Below are positions 1-9,538 of a stretch of 64,000 nucleotides of DNA, piece after piece. How positions within the stretch are numbered: position 1 is the first letter of the stretch; each line of letters opens with the position of its first letter. Origin of the DNA: an uncultured Bacteroides sp. (GTDB lineage Bacteria; Bacteroidota; Bacteroidia; Bacteroidales; GCA-2748055); contig CAZRPW010000009.1 of the NCBI GenBank assembly GCA_964601975.1, positions 2,224 to 66,223 of the forward strand, given 5' to 3'. The position numbers and the translations under genes were made by a program. The notes under the pieces are model-generated. The model searched no databases, had not been told where the DNA came from, and saw nothing but the letters and a program-made list of their open reading frames with translations.

Positions 1-845
1 CCTGAGATGCCGGGGATAGTGACCACCTTATCTTCCTGGGCAAGGTCGCCCAATGCAGAACCAAACTGCATTTTCAGTGATTCTGCCTGTCTTTGCAAAA
101 TGGCACAGCCCTCCTTGATATCGCGGGTAATCACATTTCCACCAAAAGGAATGACCGCTGTATGCCTGATCACATCATCATAGTAAACAGCCACGTCGGT
201 GGTTCCGCCTCCAATGTCAACCAGGGCAACCCCGGCCTCTTTCTCATCATCGGTGAGCACAGCCGCACTGGAAGCCAGGGGTTCCAGGACCAGTTGTTTG
301 ACATCCAAACCTACTCTGTTTATACATTTTCCGATATTTCGGGCCGAAGAGGTCTGACCAATTACGATGTGAAAATTCGCTTCCAGTCTCTTCCCGAACA
401 TTCCAACGGGATTCTTCACCCCTGTTTCGCTGTCCACGATGTAGTTCTGGGGAAGCACATGAATAATCTCTTCGCCAACGTCTACAGGAATTTTATGCAT
501 ATCGTCGATAAGATTCTGCAGATCATCACGGGTAATTTCATCCTCATAAGAATCCCGGTTGATGTAACCACGGTTCCGGACAGATTTGATATGTTGTCCG
601 GCGATTCCCACAAAAACTTCATTGAACTTGATGCCTGATTGCTTCATCGCCTCGGACGATGTGGTCTGAATCGCGTTGACTGTCTCCTCAATATTGAGGA
701 CAACCCCGCGTTTTACGCCTTTGGATGCAGTCTGACTGATGCCCAGGACTTCAAGCTTTCCCTGGTCGCTCAACCGGCCCACCAGGCTCACGATCTTCGT
801 GGTCCCGATGTCAACTGCAGCTACGATTTTTCCATTTGTTGCCAT
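1..845 (-). CDS. ftsA: Cell division protein FtsA, N-terminal ~281 aa (gene continues past the left edge)
   Basis: Absent from the ORF track because there is no stop inside the window. The reverse complement from the ATG at 845-843 reads MATNGKIVAAVDIGTTKIVSLVGR...EAGVALVDIGGGTTDVAVYYDDVIRHTAVIPFGGN, which carries actin-like ATPase phosphate-binding motifs. It follows ftsQ in dcw order. The + strand ORFs 93..638 and 639..860 are antisense shadows. Confidence 0.9.
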   Translation of the reverse strand, partial: MATNGKIVAAVDIGTTKIVSLVGRLSDQGKLEVLGISQTASKGVKRGVVLNIEETVNAIQTTSSEAMKQSGIKFNEVFVGIAGQHIKSVRNRGYINRDSYEDEITRDDLQNLIDDMHKIPVDVGEEIIHVLPQNYIVDSETGVKNPVGMFGKRLEANFHIVIGQTSSARNIGKCINRVGLDVKQLVLEPLASSAAVLTDDEKEAGVALVDIGGGTTDVAVYYDDVIRHTAVIPFGGNVITRDIKEGCAILQRQAESLKMQFGSALGDLAQEDKVVTIPGIS

Positions 846-849
846 AGTA

Positions 850-1605
850 TTATCGTTTAGTACATATTACTTGATTCGTATATTTCAAATTAATGGTCTC
901 ATAAGTGTTCCAACCAAATTTTGAGAGCCCCTGTATGTAAAGAAGCTCCAGGTTTCTCAATTTTTTCTCCCACTGATCCATACTGCCCAACAGAATATGG
1001 TGTGCACCCACCCTGGGAATAAGTTCATACTCTCCTTTTGCATTCACATAAATCTGGACCACCTGGTCGTTCCAGAAGGGGTGATCCCTCAGGTAGTTGC
1101 AAAAGAGGTAAATCTCGGCCAGGCGCTGACCCATATGTCCCTCCTCAAATCCATCTGGCAGATTGCCCGAAGCCAGCATAATCATGGGCGTGAAATCGTC
1201 TGACAATGGAAGCAATCTTCCCTCTGTATCAATATAATAGCCCCTTCTTCCGGATGGGAGTATACGTACAAGGGGCACTCTTTGCTCCACCTTAACTTCC
1301 AGTCGGCCCGAAACATCCTTGCTCACTTCAGCATTCCGGATATACGGATTCTCTTCCAGGAGATACTCCAGGCTCCGGGTATTGATTCCTGAAAGAGGAT
1401 ATCCACGGATCTCCAGTCCGGACGACTCCACCAGAGCGCGAACCTCATTATGGGTTACAAAACGGTTGCTCACAGTATCCTGCAGAAGCACGTCAATACG
1501 GTTACAGAGAACCCCTTCTGATTCGGATGATACGAAACCCATCATCACAGCAAACCATGCAAGAATGCCCACCCAGGTCAATATTTTACCGATTTTCCGT
1601 ATCAT
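850..1605 (-). CDS. ftsQ: Cell division protein FtsQ (single TM plus POTRA-like domain)
   Basis: 251 aa with an N-terminal hydrophobic helix (ILTWVGILAWFAVMMGFV) followed by a soluble domain. It lies between murC and ftsA and overlaps the murC stop by 4 nt. Confidence 0.75.
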   Translation of the reverse strand: MIRKIGKILTWVGILAWFAVMMGFVSSESEGVLCNRIDVLLQDTVSNRFVTHNEVRALVESSGLEIRGYPLSGINTRSLEYLLEENPYIRNAEVSKDVSGRLEVKVEQRVPLVRILPSGRRGYYIDTEGRLLPLSDDFTPMIMLASGNLPDGFEEGHMGQRLAEIYLFCNYLRDHPFWNDQVVQIYVNAKGEYELIPRVGAHHILLGSMDQWEKKLRNLELLYIQGLSKFGWNTYETINLKYTNQVICTKR

Positions 1606-2975
1606 AAGCCTTCCAACCAGCTTTTAATGGGTGAAACAAACTGATTAATATCTCCCGCCCCCATGCTTACAAGCAATGCGGGCTTTTGCTCCAGAAGCAC
1701 TTTCAAAACCTGCTCCCGGGATACCAGGTATTTCTCTTTCAGTTTTACCTGGTCAAATATCAATGAAGAACTTACACCTGGAACCGGCTCCTCACGAGCA
1801 GGGTAAATATCCATAAGGATCAATACGTCGAGCAGTCCAAGACTCTCTGCAAACTGATCTGCAAAATCTTTGGTCCTTGAAAAAAGGTGGGGCTGAAAGA
1901 TACCCGTAAGCTTCTTCTCCGGGAAAAGTCCTTTCACCGATGTTAAAAATGCCCTGATCTCCTCAGGATGATGCGCATAGTCGTCGATGTAAATATGATT
2001 TTCAGTATGAACCTGCACATCGAATCTCCTTTCAACACCCAGGTAATCGGAAAGATTCAGCGCAATGGACTCAGGGCTTAATCCCAGTTGATGAGCCACT
2101 GCAATTGCTGCCACAGCATTCTCCACATTCAGGCGACCGGGAAGCTTCAACCTGATTTCCGGAATAATTCCACCAGGAGTTTGCATTGAAAACTGAGTTC
2201 CTATACCCCAGGGCGACATCTCCTTGGCATAATAATCGGAACGGGGATCATCCAGTGAATAGCTAAAGCGCTCCACATGGGCTGGAATAAACGGTGTCAG
2301 ACCAAATTTATAAATCAACTTACCCTTATCCCGTATCTGGGCGATATAGGATTCAAATCCCTTTATGATATTCTCTTTGGAGTGATAGATATCCAGGTGA
2401 TCGGCATCCATGGAGGATACCACAGCAATCTCCGGGTAAAGGGCCAGGAAAGAACGGTCAAACTCATCGGCTTCGGCAACAATCACAGAAGATACAGGAT
2501 CCAGGTAGAAATTACTCTTTGTATTTTTACTGATTCCCCCAAGAAATGCGTTACAGCCCAGTTTTGATTTATGAACGATGTGGGCCAGCATTGTAGAAAT
2601 GGATGTTTTCCCATGGGTACCGGCCACCCCAATACCGCGACCAGTATTAAAGATCTCCCCGAGGGCTACCGAGCGTTTGATTACCCGAAATCCCCGCTTA
2701 CGAAAATAGTTCAACTGAGCATGATCCTTGGGAACTGCAGGTGTATAAATCACCAGGGTCCGTTCGGGATTCCTGAATACCTCGGGAATCAATACTGACC
2801 TGTCCTCAAAAAAGATTTTGACACCCTCTCGGGTAAGCTGATCGGTAAGCGCGGTGGACACCCGGTCATATCCGGCTACCTGCTTGCCCAAACTCAAAAA
2901 GTAGCGGGCAAGCGCACTCATCCCAATGCCACCAGCACCAATAAAATAGACGCTATCAAGATTTGCCCATATCAT
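1602..2975 (-). CDS. murC: UDP-N-acetylmuramate--L-alanine ligase
   Basis: 457 aa. It has N-terminal GAGGIGMS and the Mur-ligase P-loop GTHGKTS. It overlaps both neighbours by 4 nt. Confidence 0.95.
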   Translation of the reverse strand: MIWANLDSVYFIGAGGIGMSALARYFLSLGKQVAGYDRVSTALTDQLTREGVKIFFEDRSVLIPEVFRNPERTLVIYTPAVPKDHAQLNYFRKRGFRVIKRSVALGEIFNTGRGIGVAGTHGKTSISTMLAHIVHKSKLGCNAFLGGISKNTKSNFYLDPVSSVIVAEADEFDRSFLALYPEIAVVSSMDADHLDIYHSKENIIKGFESYIAQIRDKGKLIYKFGLTPFIPAHVERFSYSLDDPRSDYYAKEMSPWGIGTQFSMQTPGGIIPEIRLKLPGRLNVENAVAAIAVAHQLGLSPESIALNLSDYLGVERRFDVQVHTENHIYIDDYAHHPEEIRAFLTSVKGLFPEKKLTGIFQPHLFSRTKDFADQFAESLGLLDVLILMDIYPAREEPVPGVSSSLIFDQVKLKEKYLVSREQVLKVLLEQKPALLVSMGAGDINQFVSPIKSWLEGL

Positions 2976-4096
2976 AAGATTTCCATAAGCTTTATGACCT
3001 CCACAGCAATCCTTTCGGCTGCATTGGAAATACCCAGTTTCTTTATATTTTCCGACAGTTCTTCCTGCCGCTTTTCATCCTTCAATAATTCAAGCATGGT
3101 ATCCACCAGCCTCTCCTCCGCCTCATGGTCAACAATCATCACCGCTGCATTCTGTCCGGAAAGGGCTTCTGCATTCCTTGTCTGGTGATCCTCTGCCACA
3201 TTGGGTGAGGGAACCAGGATTACCGGCTTCCCGATAACACAAAGTTCAGAGATGGAAATAGCCCCGGCCCTGGAAACGATCAAATCGGCTGCACCATAGG
3301 CACACTCCATCCTGGATATGAAAGGTAGCAGCCTGATATTCTTCAGTCCGGAAACCTCCACCTGCGCCTTTATCTCTTTGTAATTATTTTTTCCACACTG
3401 CCATATCAACTGAATGTCTTCCCGACCCAGCTTCTCCAGCCCGGCCAGCAGACTTCGATTCAGGGTTCTTGCCCCCAGGCTTCCTCCAATCACCAAACAG
3501 GTTTTTTTACCCATCTCCAATGCAAATTCCCGCAGGTCAGCAGAGCGATCGGCAGAAGGGACAACCAGGTGCTGACGGATAGGATTGCCGGTCAGATGGA
3601 TTTTTTCTTCCGGGAAGTAGCGTTCCATTCCCTCATAAGCCACGCAAATTGAGCGGGCCGAACGTGCCAGCAAACGATTGGTTACTCCCGCATATGAGTT
3701 CTGTTCCTGGATAAGGATGGGAACACCCCTTCTGGCTGCTGCTTTCAGAATAGGACCACTGGCATAGCCACCCACACCCACGGCAACATGAGGTTTATAG
3801 CGCCTCACAATCCGACGTGATATCAACAGGCTGGAGACCAGCTTAAAGAAAAATGAAATGTTTTTTAGCGTCAACCTCCTCTGAAAACCAGCCACCGGCA
3901 AGCCCTCTATTGCATAACCCGCTTCGGGCACCTTCTCCATCTCAAGTCTTCCACGAGCGCCCACAAACAGGAATTCGGCTCCGGGATGCATCACCTTCAA
4001 GGCATCAGCAATGGCAATGGCCGGAAACACATGTCCGCCAGTACCACCACCTCCTATGAGGATCCTGTATGTTTCGCCTTTAAACATGTTGATCAA
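2972..4096 (-). CDS. murG: UDP-GlcNAc:lipid I N-acetylglucosaminyltransferase MurG
   Basis: 374 aa with the GT28 N-terminal motif GGGTGGHVFPAIAIA. It sits in the dcw position. Confidence 0.95.
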   Translation of the reverse strand: MINMFKGETYRILIGGGGTGGHVFPAIAIADALKVMHPGAEFLFVGARGRLEMEKVPEAGYAIEGLPVAGFQRRLTLKNISFFFKLVSSLLISRRIVRRYKPHVAVGVGGYASGPILKAAARRGVPILIQEQNSYAGVTNRLLARSARSICVAYEGMERYFPEEKIHLTGNPIRQHLVVPSADRSADLREFALEMGKKTCLVIGGSLGARTLNRSLLAGLEKLGREDIQLIWQCGKNNYKEIKAQVEVSGLKNIRLLPFISRMECAYGAADLIVSRAGAISISELCVIGKPVILVPSPNVAEDHQTRNAEALSGQNAAVMIVDHEAEERLVDTMLELLKDEKRQEELSENIKKLGISNAAERIAVEVIKLMEIL

Positions 4097-5387
4097 ATTC
4101 AGTTCTCTTTTTCTTCTCTTTCCTCCTGCCCGTCATCTCGGCAGCTGTATTTCGTTTCTCCTTGCCTGCAATTTCTGACTCGAGTGGTCCGGCCGCCTCA
4201 TAGATGGGCCTCTCCTGCTGAGTCTCTGATCCGGGATCGTCCCCATCGTCCTCCTGGGCCTGTAGCCTGGATTCGTCAGTACCCCAGCTTACCGAAAGAA
4301 TCATACCGGCAGCCATACTTGTGAAAATGATAGAGGATCCCCCCATACTCACCAATGGAAGGGTCTGGCCGGTTACAGGCACAAGCCCCACCGCAACCGC
4401 CATATTTACAAAGGCCTGCAGTACCAAACCCATGGAAAGGCCAAATGCGAGGAAGGCTCCATAGGTGCTGCGGCTGCGCCGGATGATCAACCCGGCTCTG
4501 TAAAATAGCCACAGATACAAGGCCAGTACAAGGACTCCACCAACCAGGCTTCCATACTCCTCAATAATAATTGCGTAAATAAAATCGGAATAGGGATGGG
4601 GAACCAGGTTCCTCTGGGTACTGTTCCCGGGTCCCTTTCCGAACAGCCCACCCTGAACTATGGCTACCTTAGCCTGGTCGGCCTGGTAACTATCTCCTTC
4701 CCCACTCATAAAATTTTCAATCCTGTTTTTCCAGGTAGATGTACGTCCTTCCTTACCCAGCAGTTCGGATGCACCCAGAAACAGTCCAAATGCAAACACC
4801 CCTGCAAATATCATCAGCGCCAGGTACTTCACCGGGATCCGGGCCACAAACATGAGGGAAAATGCGGTGAGGAATACCAGCGCTGCTGTGGATAAATTAG
4901 CAGGCAGGATCAGGCCACAAACTACCACAATGGCCATGGTCACCTTCCCAAATACATCCCTGAACTCACCAATATTATTCTGGTTTGCAGAAAGCACTTT
5001 AGCCAGGTACATGATCAGAGCAATTTTGGCAAAGTCAGAGGTCTGAATTGTAAAAGAGGTCCCAGGAATTTGCAGCCAGCGCGTAGCATCATTAATGTTT
5101 TGTCCGGCCACCAGCGTAAGCACCAGAAGCGGCACTGCAACCCAAAGAGCCACCACTGAAAGACGGCCAAAAACCTGGTAGGGAATCAGGTGCACAAAAA
5201 AGATGATGAATACCCCCAGCAGAATAAATCTAAACTGCCTGAGCAGATAGTAGACTGTATCGCCGCCGCGGACCTGGTATGCCAGCGAACCGGTGGAGCT
5301 GTACACCGACAAGAGGGAGATCACCAGCAGAATCAAAACCACCAGCCAGATCACCTTATCACCCTTTATGTACTTCTTAATCTTCAC
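4080..5387 (-). CDS. ftsW: SEDS-family peptidoglycan polymerase FtsW with a ~67-aa charged C-terminal tail
   Basis: 435 aa, multi-TM, with QIPGTSFTIQTSDFAKI and GQTLPLVSMGGSS motifs. The start at 5387-5385 is GTG, preceded by a purine-rich aagagagag. The tail overlaps the murG start by 17 nt. Confidence 0.9.
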   Translation of the reverse strand: MKIKKYIKGDKVIWLVVLILLVISLLSVYSSTGSLAYQVRGGDTVYYLLRQFRFILLGVFIIFFVHLIPYQVFGRLSVVALWVAVPLLVLTLVAGQNINDATRWLQIPGTSFTIQTSDFAKIALIMYLAKVLSANQNNIGEFRDVFGKVTMAIVVVCGLILPANLSTAALVFLTAFSLMFVARIPVKYLALMIFAGVFAFGLFLGASELLGKEGRTSTWKNRIENFMSGEGDSYQADQAKVAIVQGGLFGKGPGNSTQRNLVPHPYSDFIYAIIIEEYGSLVGGVLVLALYLWLFYRAGLIIRRSRSTYGAFLAFGLSMGLVLQAFVNMAVAVGLVPVTGQTLPLVSMGGSSIIFTSMAAGMILSVSWGTDESRLQAQEDDGDDPGSETQQERPIYEAAGPLESEIAGKEKRNTAAEMTGRRKEKKKRTEFDQHV

Positions 5388-5401
5388 CTCTCTCTTTTTA
5401 C

Positions 5402-5473
5402 TTTACAGACTTTACAGACTTTACAGACTTTACAGACTTTACGGACTTTACAGACTTTACAGACTTTACAGAC
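5402..5473 (-). repeat. Tandem repeat, 9 bp x 8 (coding-strand unit AGTCTGTAA; one unit has A->G)
   Basis: The + strand reads tttacagac eight times (fifth unit tttacggac). The first coding-strand unit supplies the last two murD codons plus the TAA stop. The array ends 14 nt before the ftsW GTG start. Confidence 0.95.
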
Positions 5474-6812
5474 TTCGCACAGCAGATTTGAACTGTCGTC
5501 CGCGATCTTCAAAACTTTCAAATAAGTCGAAGCTGGCGCAGGCCGGAGAGAGCATTACTGTCTCACCGTCGGAAGCCAGGTAGTAGGCGGCCTTCACAGC
5601 ATCATCCATACTGGTAGACTCGACAATTGACTCCACCTTACCGGTAAAAGCCTTGATCACCCGCTCATTGTCTTTACCCAGACAGACAATGGCCTTTACC
5701 TTATTCTCCACCAGGTTGTTCAGTTCGCTATAATCATTTCCCTTGTCTACCCCTCCAACGATCCAGACCATACTGCCCTTCACACTTTCAAGGGCATACC
5801 AGGTCGCATTTACGTTGGTGGCTTTGGAATCATTTATAAAGTTGATCCCATGAACCTTCGTTACATTCTCAAGGCGGTGCTCCACTCCCTGAAAATCCAT
5901 CAGGGCTTCACGGATCACTTCATTGCGGATTTTCAGAACATTGCCTGCAATTCCTGCAGCCATGCTGTTGTAGGTATTGTGTCTTCCCTTCAGTGACAGC
6001 TCTTCAACAGACATGGAAAAATCCACATCGTCGAATTCTATATGCATATGCCTGTCCTCGTCAACCCAGGCCACATCATTCTTCTTTTTCTGATAGGCAA
6101 AGGGCAGTTGCTGAGCCTTGGATACGATCTTTTCAAGTTCCTTGATGGTAATCTCGTCATCGGAACAGAAAACAAAATATTCATCCTCGGTGAGGTTCTG
6201 ACCCACCCTGAATTTTGAATCTATATAATTCTGAAAGTTGTAGTCGTACCTGTCAAGATGGTCGGGGGTAATATTCAACAGGATGGCTATATCGGCTTTA
6301 AACTCATACATCCCATCCAGTTGGAAACTGCTTAGCTCCAACACAAAGTAGTCGAAGGTTTCGGTGGCCACCTGCAGGGCAAAACTTCGCCCCACATTCC
6401 CTGCGATACCCACATTCAATCCAGCTTTTCGCATCATATGATGAATCAGCGAGGTAGTAGTGGTTTTCCCGTTGCTACCGGTAATACAAATTTTCTTCGC
6501 AGAAGTATAGCGACCTGCAAACTCAATTTCTGAAATGATTGGAATTTCCTTTTTGCGCAGCAGTTTTATAATGGGTGCACTTTCAGGGATGCCCGGGCTT
6601 TTAATTACCTCTGTGGCGTTAAGAATCGAACGCTCGGAATGACCACCAGATTCATATAGGACCTGGTATTCATCTAATAAATCCCTGTAAAAGGGTTTAA
6701 TCTTACCAGCATCTGATACAAAAACATCAAATCCCTTTTGCCGGGCCAGTATTGCTGCTCCAGTTCCACTTTCTCCCGCTCCAAGGATGACTATTCTCTC
6801 TCTATTTTCCAT
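5466..6812 (-). CDS. murD: UDP-N-acetylmuramoylalanine--D-glutamate ligase
   Basis: 448 aa with N-terminal GAGESGTGAA and the P-loop GSNGKTTT. Confidence 0.95.
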   Translation of the reverse strand: MENRERIVILGAGESGTGAAILARQKGFDVFVSDAGKIKPFYRDLLDEYQVLYESGGHSERSILNATEVIKSPGIPESAPIIKLLRKKEIPIISEIEFAGRYTSAKKICITGSNGKTTTTSLIHHMMRKAGLNVGIAGNVGRSFALQVATETFDYFVLELSSFQLDGMYEFKADIAILLNITPDHLDRYDYNFQNYIDSKFRVGQNLTEDEYFVFCSDDEITIKELEKIVSKAQQLPFAYQKKKNDVAWVDEDRHMHIEFDDVDFSMSVEELSLKGRHNTYNSMAAGIAGNVLKIRNEVIREALMDFQGVEHRLENVTKVHGINFINDSKATNVNATWYALESVKGSMVWIVGGVDKGNDYSELNNLVENKVKAIVCLGKDNERVIKAFTGKVESIVESTSMDDAVKAAYYLASDGETVMLSPACASFDLFESFEDRGRQFKSAVRSL

Positions 6813-6832
6813 AGGTTATTTGGTGGTTTGGT

Positions 6833-8083
6833 TTATCGTATTTTTAGGGTTACCAGGGTTAGCACTGCCAGCATGATCCCAACAATCCAAAACCTGGTAA
6901 CAATTTTAGGTTCAGGATAGCCCTTCTTCTGGTAGTGATGATGAATGGGCGACATCAGGAAAATCCTTCGTCCCTCCCCATATTTTCTTTTTGTTTGTTT
7001 GAAATAGCTCACCTGCAGGATCACCGAAAGGCTCTCGAACAAGTAGATTCCGCAGAGGATGGGAATCAGGAGTTCCTTGCGGATAATTATAGCGAATACT
7101 GCAATGATCCCTCCGAGTGCAAGACTTCCTGTATCGCCCATGAATACCTGGGCCGGATAGGAGTTATACCACAGGAAGCCAATGGTAGCTCCTATAAAGG
7201 CTGCAGCAAAAATGAGCAGCTCACCCGTATAGGGTATGTGCATGATATTCAGATAGTTTGAATATATAGCATTTCCCGATAACCAGGCCAGTATACCCAG
7301 GGTCACGCCGATAATCGCAGCCGATCCCGTGGCCAGACCATCCAGGCCGTCCGTGAGATTAGCCCCGTTAGAAACGGAAGTCACAATAAAAATAACGGCA
7401 AGAACGAAGATAATCCAGACAAGGCCATCGGCATATTTACCTGTAAACCATACCAGCCATGAGTAATCAAATTCATTATTCTTCACAAAGGGAATGGTGG
7501 TCAAAGGTCTCTTGTGCTCCTGGATTACGAAAAGATTCCCTCCACGGTCAACCTGCATCTCCTGGGTGCTGTACTCTGTGAAATTATCATCCGTGATGGT
7601 GATCCGTTCCCGGATTTTTACATCATCACTAAGGTAGAGGGTTACACCCACAATCAGTCCCAGAACAACCTGACCCAACACCTTGAATTTTCCCCGCAGT
7701 CCCTCTTTATTCTTCTTAAACACCTTGATATAGTCATCCACAAAACCTATAATCCCCAGCCAGATGGTGGTGACCAGCATCAGGATAATATAGATATTGC
7801 CCAGATCAGCAAAGAGCAATACCGGGATCACAATGGACGCCAGAATAATTATGCCCCCCATGGTCGGAGTTCCCTGTTTTTGAGACTGGCCTTCCAGTCC
7901 AAGATCACGAACCGACTCCCCGATCTGTTTTTTGTGAAGCAGTTTGATGATCTTCTTACCGATAACCATGGAAATCAGCAAGGAGGTGATGATGGTAATG
8001 GAAGCCCTGAAGGTGAGGTACTGAAACAAACCGGCACCCGGGAAATCAAACTGATCAAGGTAAAAGAACAGGTGGTAGAGCAT
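6833..8083 (-). CDS. mraY: Phospho-N-acetylmuramoyl-pentapeptide transferase
   Basis: 416 aa polytopic membrane protein with [20 protein letters not shown] and [11 protein letters not shown] motifs. Confidence 0.95.
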   Translation of the reverse strand: MLYHLFFYLDQFDFPGAGLFQYLTFRASITIITSLLISMVIGKKIIKLLHKKQIGESVRDLGLEGQSQKQGTPTMGGIIILASIVIPVLLFADLGNIYIILMLVTTIWLGIIGFVDDYIKVFKKNKEGLRGKFKVLGQVVLGLIVGVTLYLSDDVKIRERITITDDNFTEYSTQEMQVDRGGNLFVIQEHKRPLTTIPFVKNNEFDYSWLVWFTGKYADGLVWIIFVLAVIFIVTSVSNGANLTDGLDGLATGSAAIIGVTLGILAWLSGNAIYSNYLNIMHIPYTGELLIFAAAFIGATIGFLWYNSYPAQVFMGDTGSLALGGIIAVFAIIIRKELLIPILCGIYLFESLSVILQVSYFKQTKRKYGEGRRIFLMSPIHHHYQKKGYPEPKIVTRFWIVGIMLAVLTLVTLKIR

Positions 8084-8089
8084 TCCTTC

Positions 8090-9538
8090 CTAGTTTAAAT
8101 TTTGTTTAAGTATCATCATGTCGTCAAAGGGTATCTTTTTGTCCCCGATGACCTGGTAGTCCTCATGTCCTTTTCCGGCGACCAGGATGATATCTCCAGC
8201 CTGGGCAAGCATGCAGGCAGTGCGAATTGCCTCTTCCCGGTTCTGGATGCGCAACACCCGGTCTTTGCTTCTGGCTGGAACACCCTCCATCATCTCATCG
8301 AGTATCGTTTCCGGATCTTCTGTTCGGGGATTATCTGAAGTAAGAATCACCTTATGGCTGATTTCGGATGCAATCCGTGCCATCTGTGGCCTTTTGCCCC
8401 GATCCCTGTCGCCGCCGGCTCCCACCACGGTGATGACATGACTGCCCGAAATATTCACTTCCCGGATAGTTTCCAGCACATTGCTTAATGCATCCGGAGT
8501 GTGGGCATAATCTACAACACCCGTGATTCCCTTCTCCGAATGGAATGTCTCGAACCTTCCTTTTACCGGATCCACATTGCTCAATTCGCGTAGCACATCT
8601 TCACTTTCCTGGCCCAACAGGGCGCATACAGCATAGGTGCACAACAGGTTACTTGCATTAAAACGTCCGGGTAGTTTTACCCATAGCTCTTTCCCATTTA
8701 TTTCCAGGAAGCTCCCCTCCATGAGCATTTCTCCAATCCTCCCCCTGAACTCACTCATGGCCCTGAGGCTGTAGCTGTGTTTTTTTGCTTTACAGTTCTG
8801 TACCATCACCTGTGCGTTCTTATCATCTTCATTCACCAGGGCAAAAGCCGCTGCAGGTAAAAGGTCGAAGAAGCGCTTCTTTACATTCAGATAGGTCTTA
8901 AAATCATGATGGTAATCCAGGTGATCACGGGTGAGATTCGTGAAGACCGCCCCGTTAAAATCAAGTCCGGAAATACGATCCTGATCGATGGCGTGGGATG
9001 ATACTTCCATGAAACAGAAACCACAACCCGAATCCACCATTTTTCTGAGATAGGCATTGATCTGAACCGGATCGGGGGTGGTGTGGGTTGCCGGGAATAC
9101 TTCATCCCCGATCACCACCTGTATGGTGGAGAGTAAGCCGGCACGGTATCCCAGCGAGCTATGTATCTGGTGAAGCAGGGTGGCAATGGTGGTTTTCCCG
9201 TTTGTACCGGTAATCCCTACCATCTGAAGATCTCTTGAAGGGTGACCGTAAAAGGCCGATGCCAACAATGCCAGGGCCTCCCTCGAGTTGTCCAACTTCA
9301 GCCAGCAAATACCCTCATGGCCCTGAAGAGGTTCCTCTTCGGAAACCACCGCCTTTGCCCCGGCTGAGATAGCCCCGGAAATATATGCATGGCCATCGGA
9401 ACCGCTCCCGCGGATAGCCACAAAAAGATCACCAGGAATCACCTTCCTGGAATCGAAGCTTAGTCCCCCGATTTCCACATGGGTGGTCCCCGTAATCTCC
9501 ACGGCACCCAGTTCCTCTATGATCGTAAGCAGTTTCAC
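8090..9538 (-). CDS. murE: UDP-MurNAc-L-Ala-D-Glu--2,6-diaminopimelate ligase
   Basis: 482 aa with the P-loop GTNGKTT. A DNPR motif (TSDNPRTEDP) suggests meso-DAP specificity. Confidence 0.95.
   Translation of the reverse strand: MKLLTIIEELGAVEITGTTHVEIGGLSFDSRKVIPGDLFVAIRGSGSDGHAYISGAISAGAKAVVSEEEPLQGHEGICWLKLDNSREALALLASAFYGHPSRDLQMVGITGTNGKTTIATLLHQIHSSLGYRAGLLSTIQVVIGDEVFPATHTTPDPVQINAYLRKMVDSGCGFCFMEVSSHAIDQDRISGLDFNGAVFTNLTRDHLDYHHDFKTYLNVKKRFFDLLPAAAFALVNEDDKNAQVMVQNCKAKKHSYSLRAMSEFRGRIGEMLMEGSFLEINGKELWVKLPGRFNASNLLCTYAVCALLGQESEDVLRELSNVDPVKGRFETFHSEKGITGVVDYAHTPDALSNVLETIREVNISGSHVITVVGAGGDRDRGKRPQMARIASEISHKVILTSDNPRTEDPETILDEMMEGVPARSKDRVLRIQNREEAIRTACMLAQAGDIILVAGKGHEDYQVIGDKKIPFDDMMILKQNLN

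Noticed and set aside
5402-5473. Could the short tandem repeat be a CRISPR array or a coding low-complexity peptide (the LQTLQT... ORFs at 5190..5583)?
   Set aside because: The units are 9 bp and directly abutting, with no spacers. The + strand ORFs are antisense to ftsW and murD and exist only because of the repeat.
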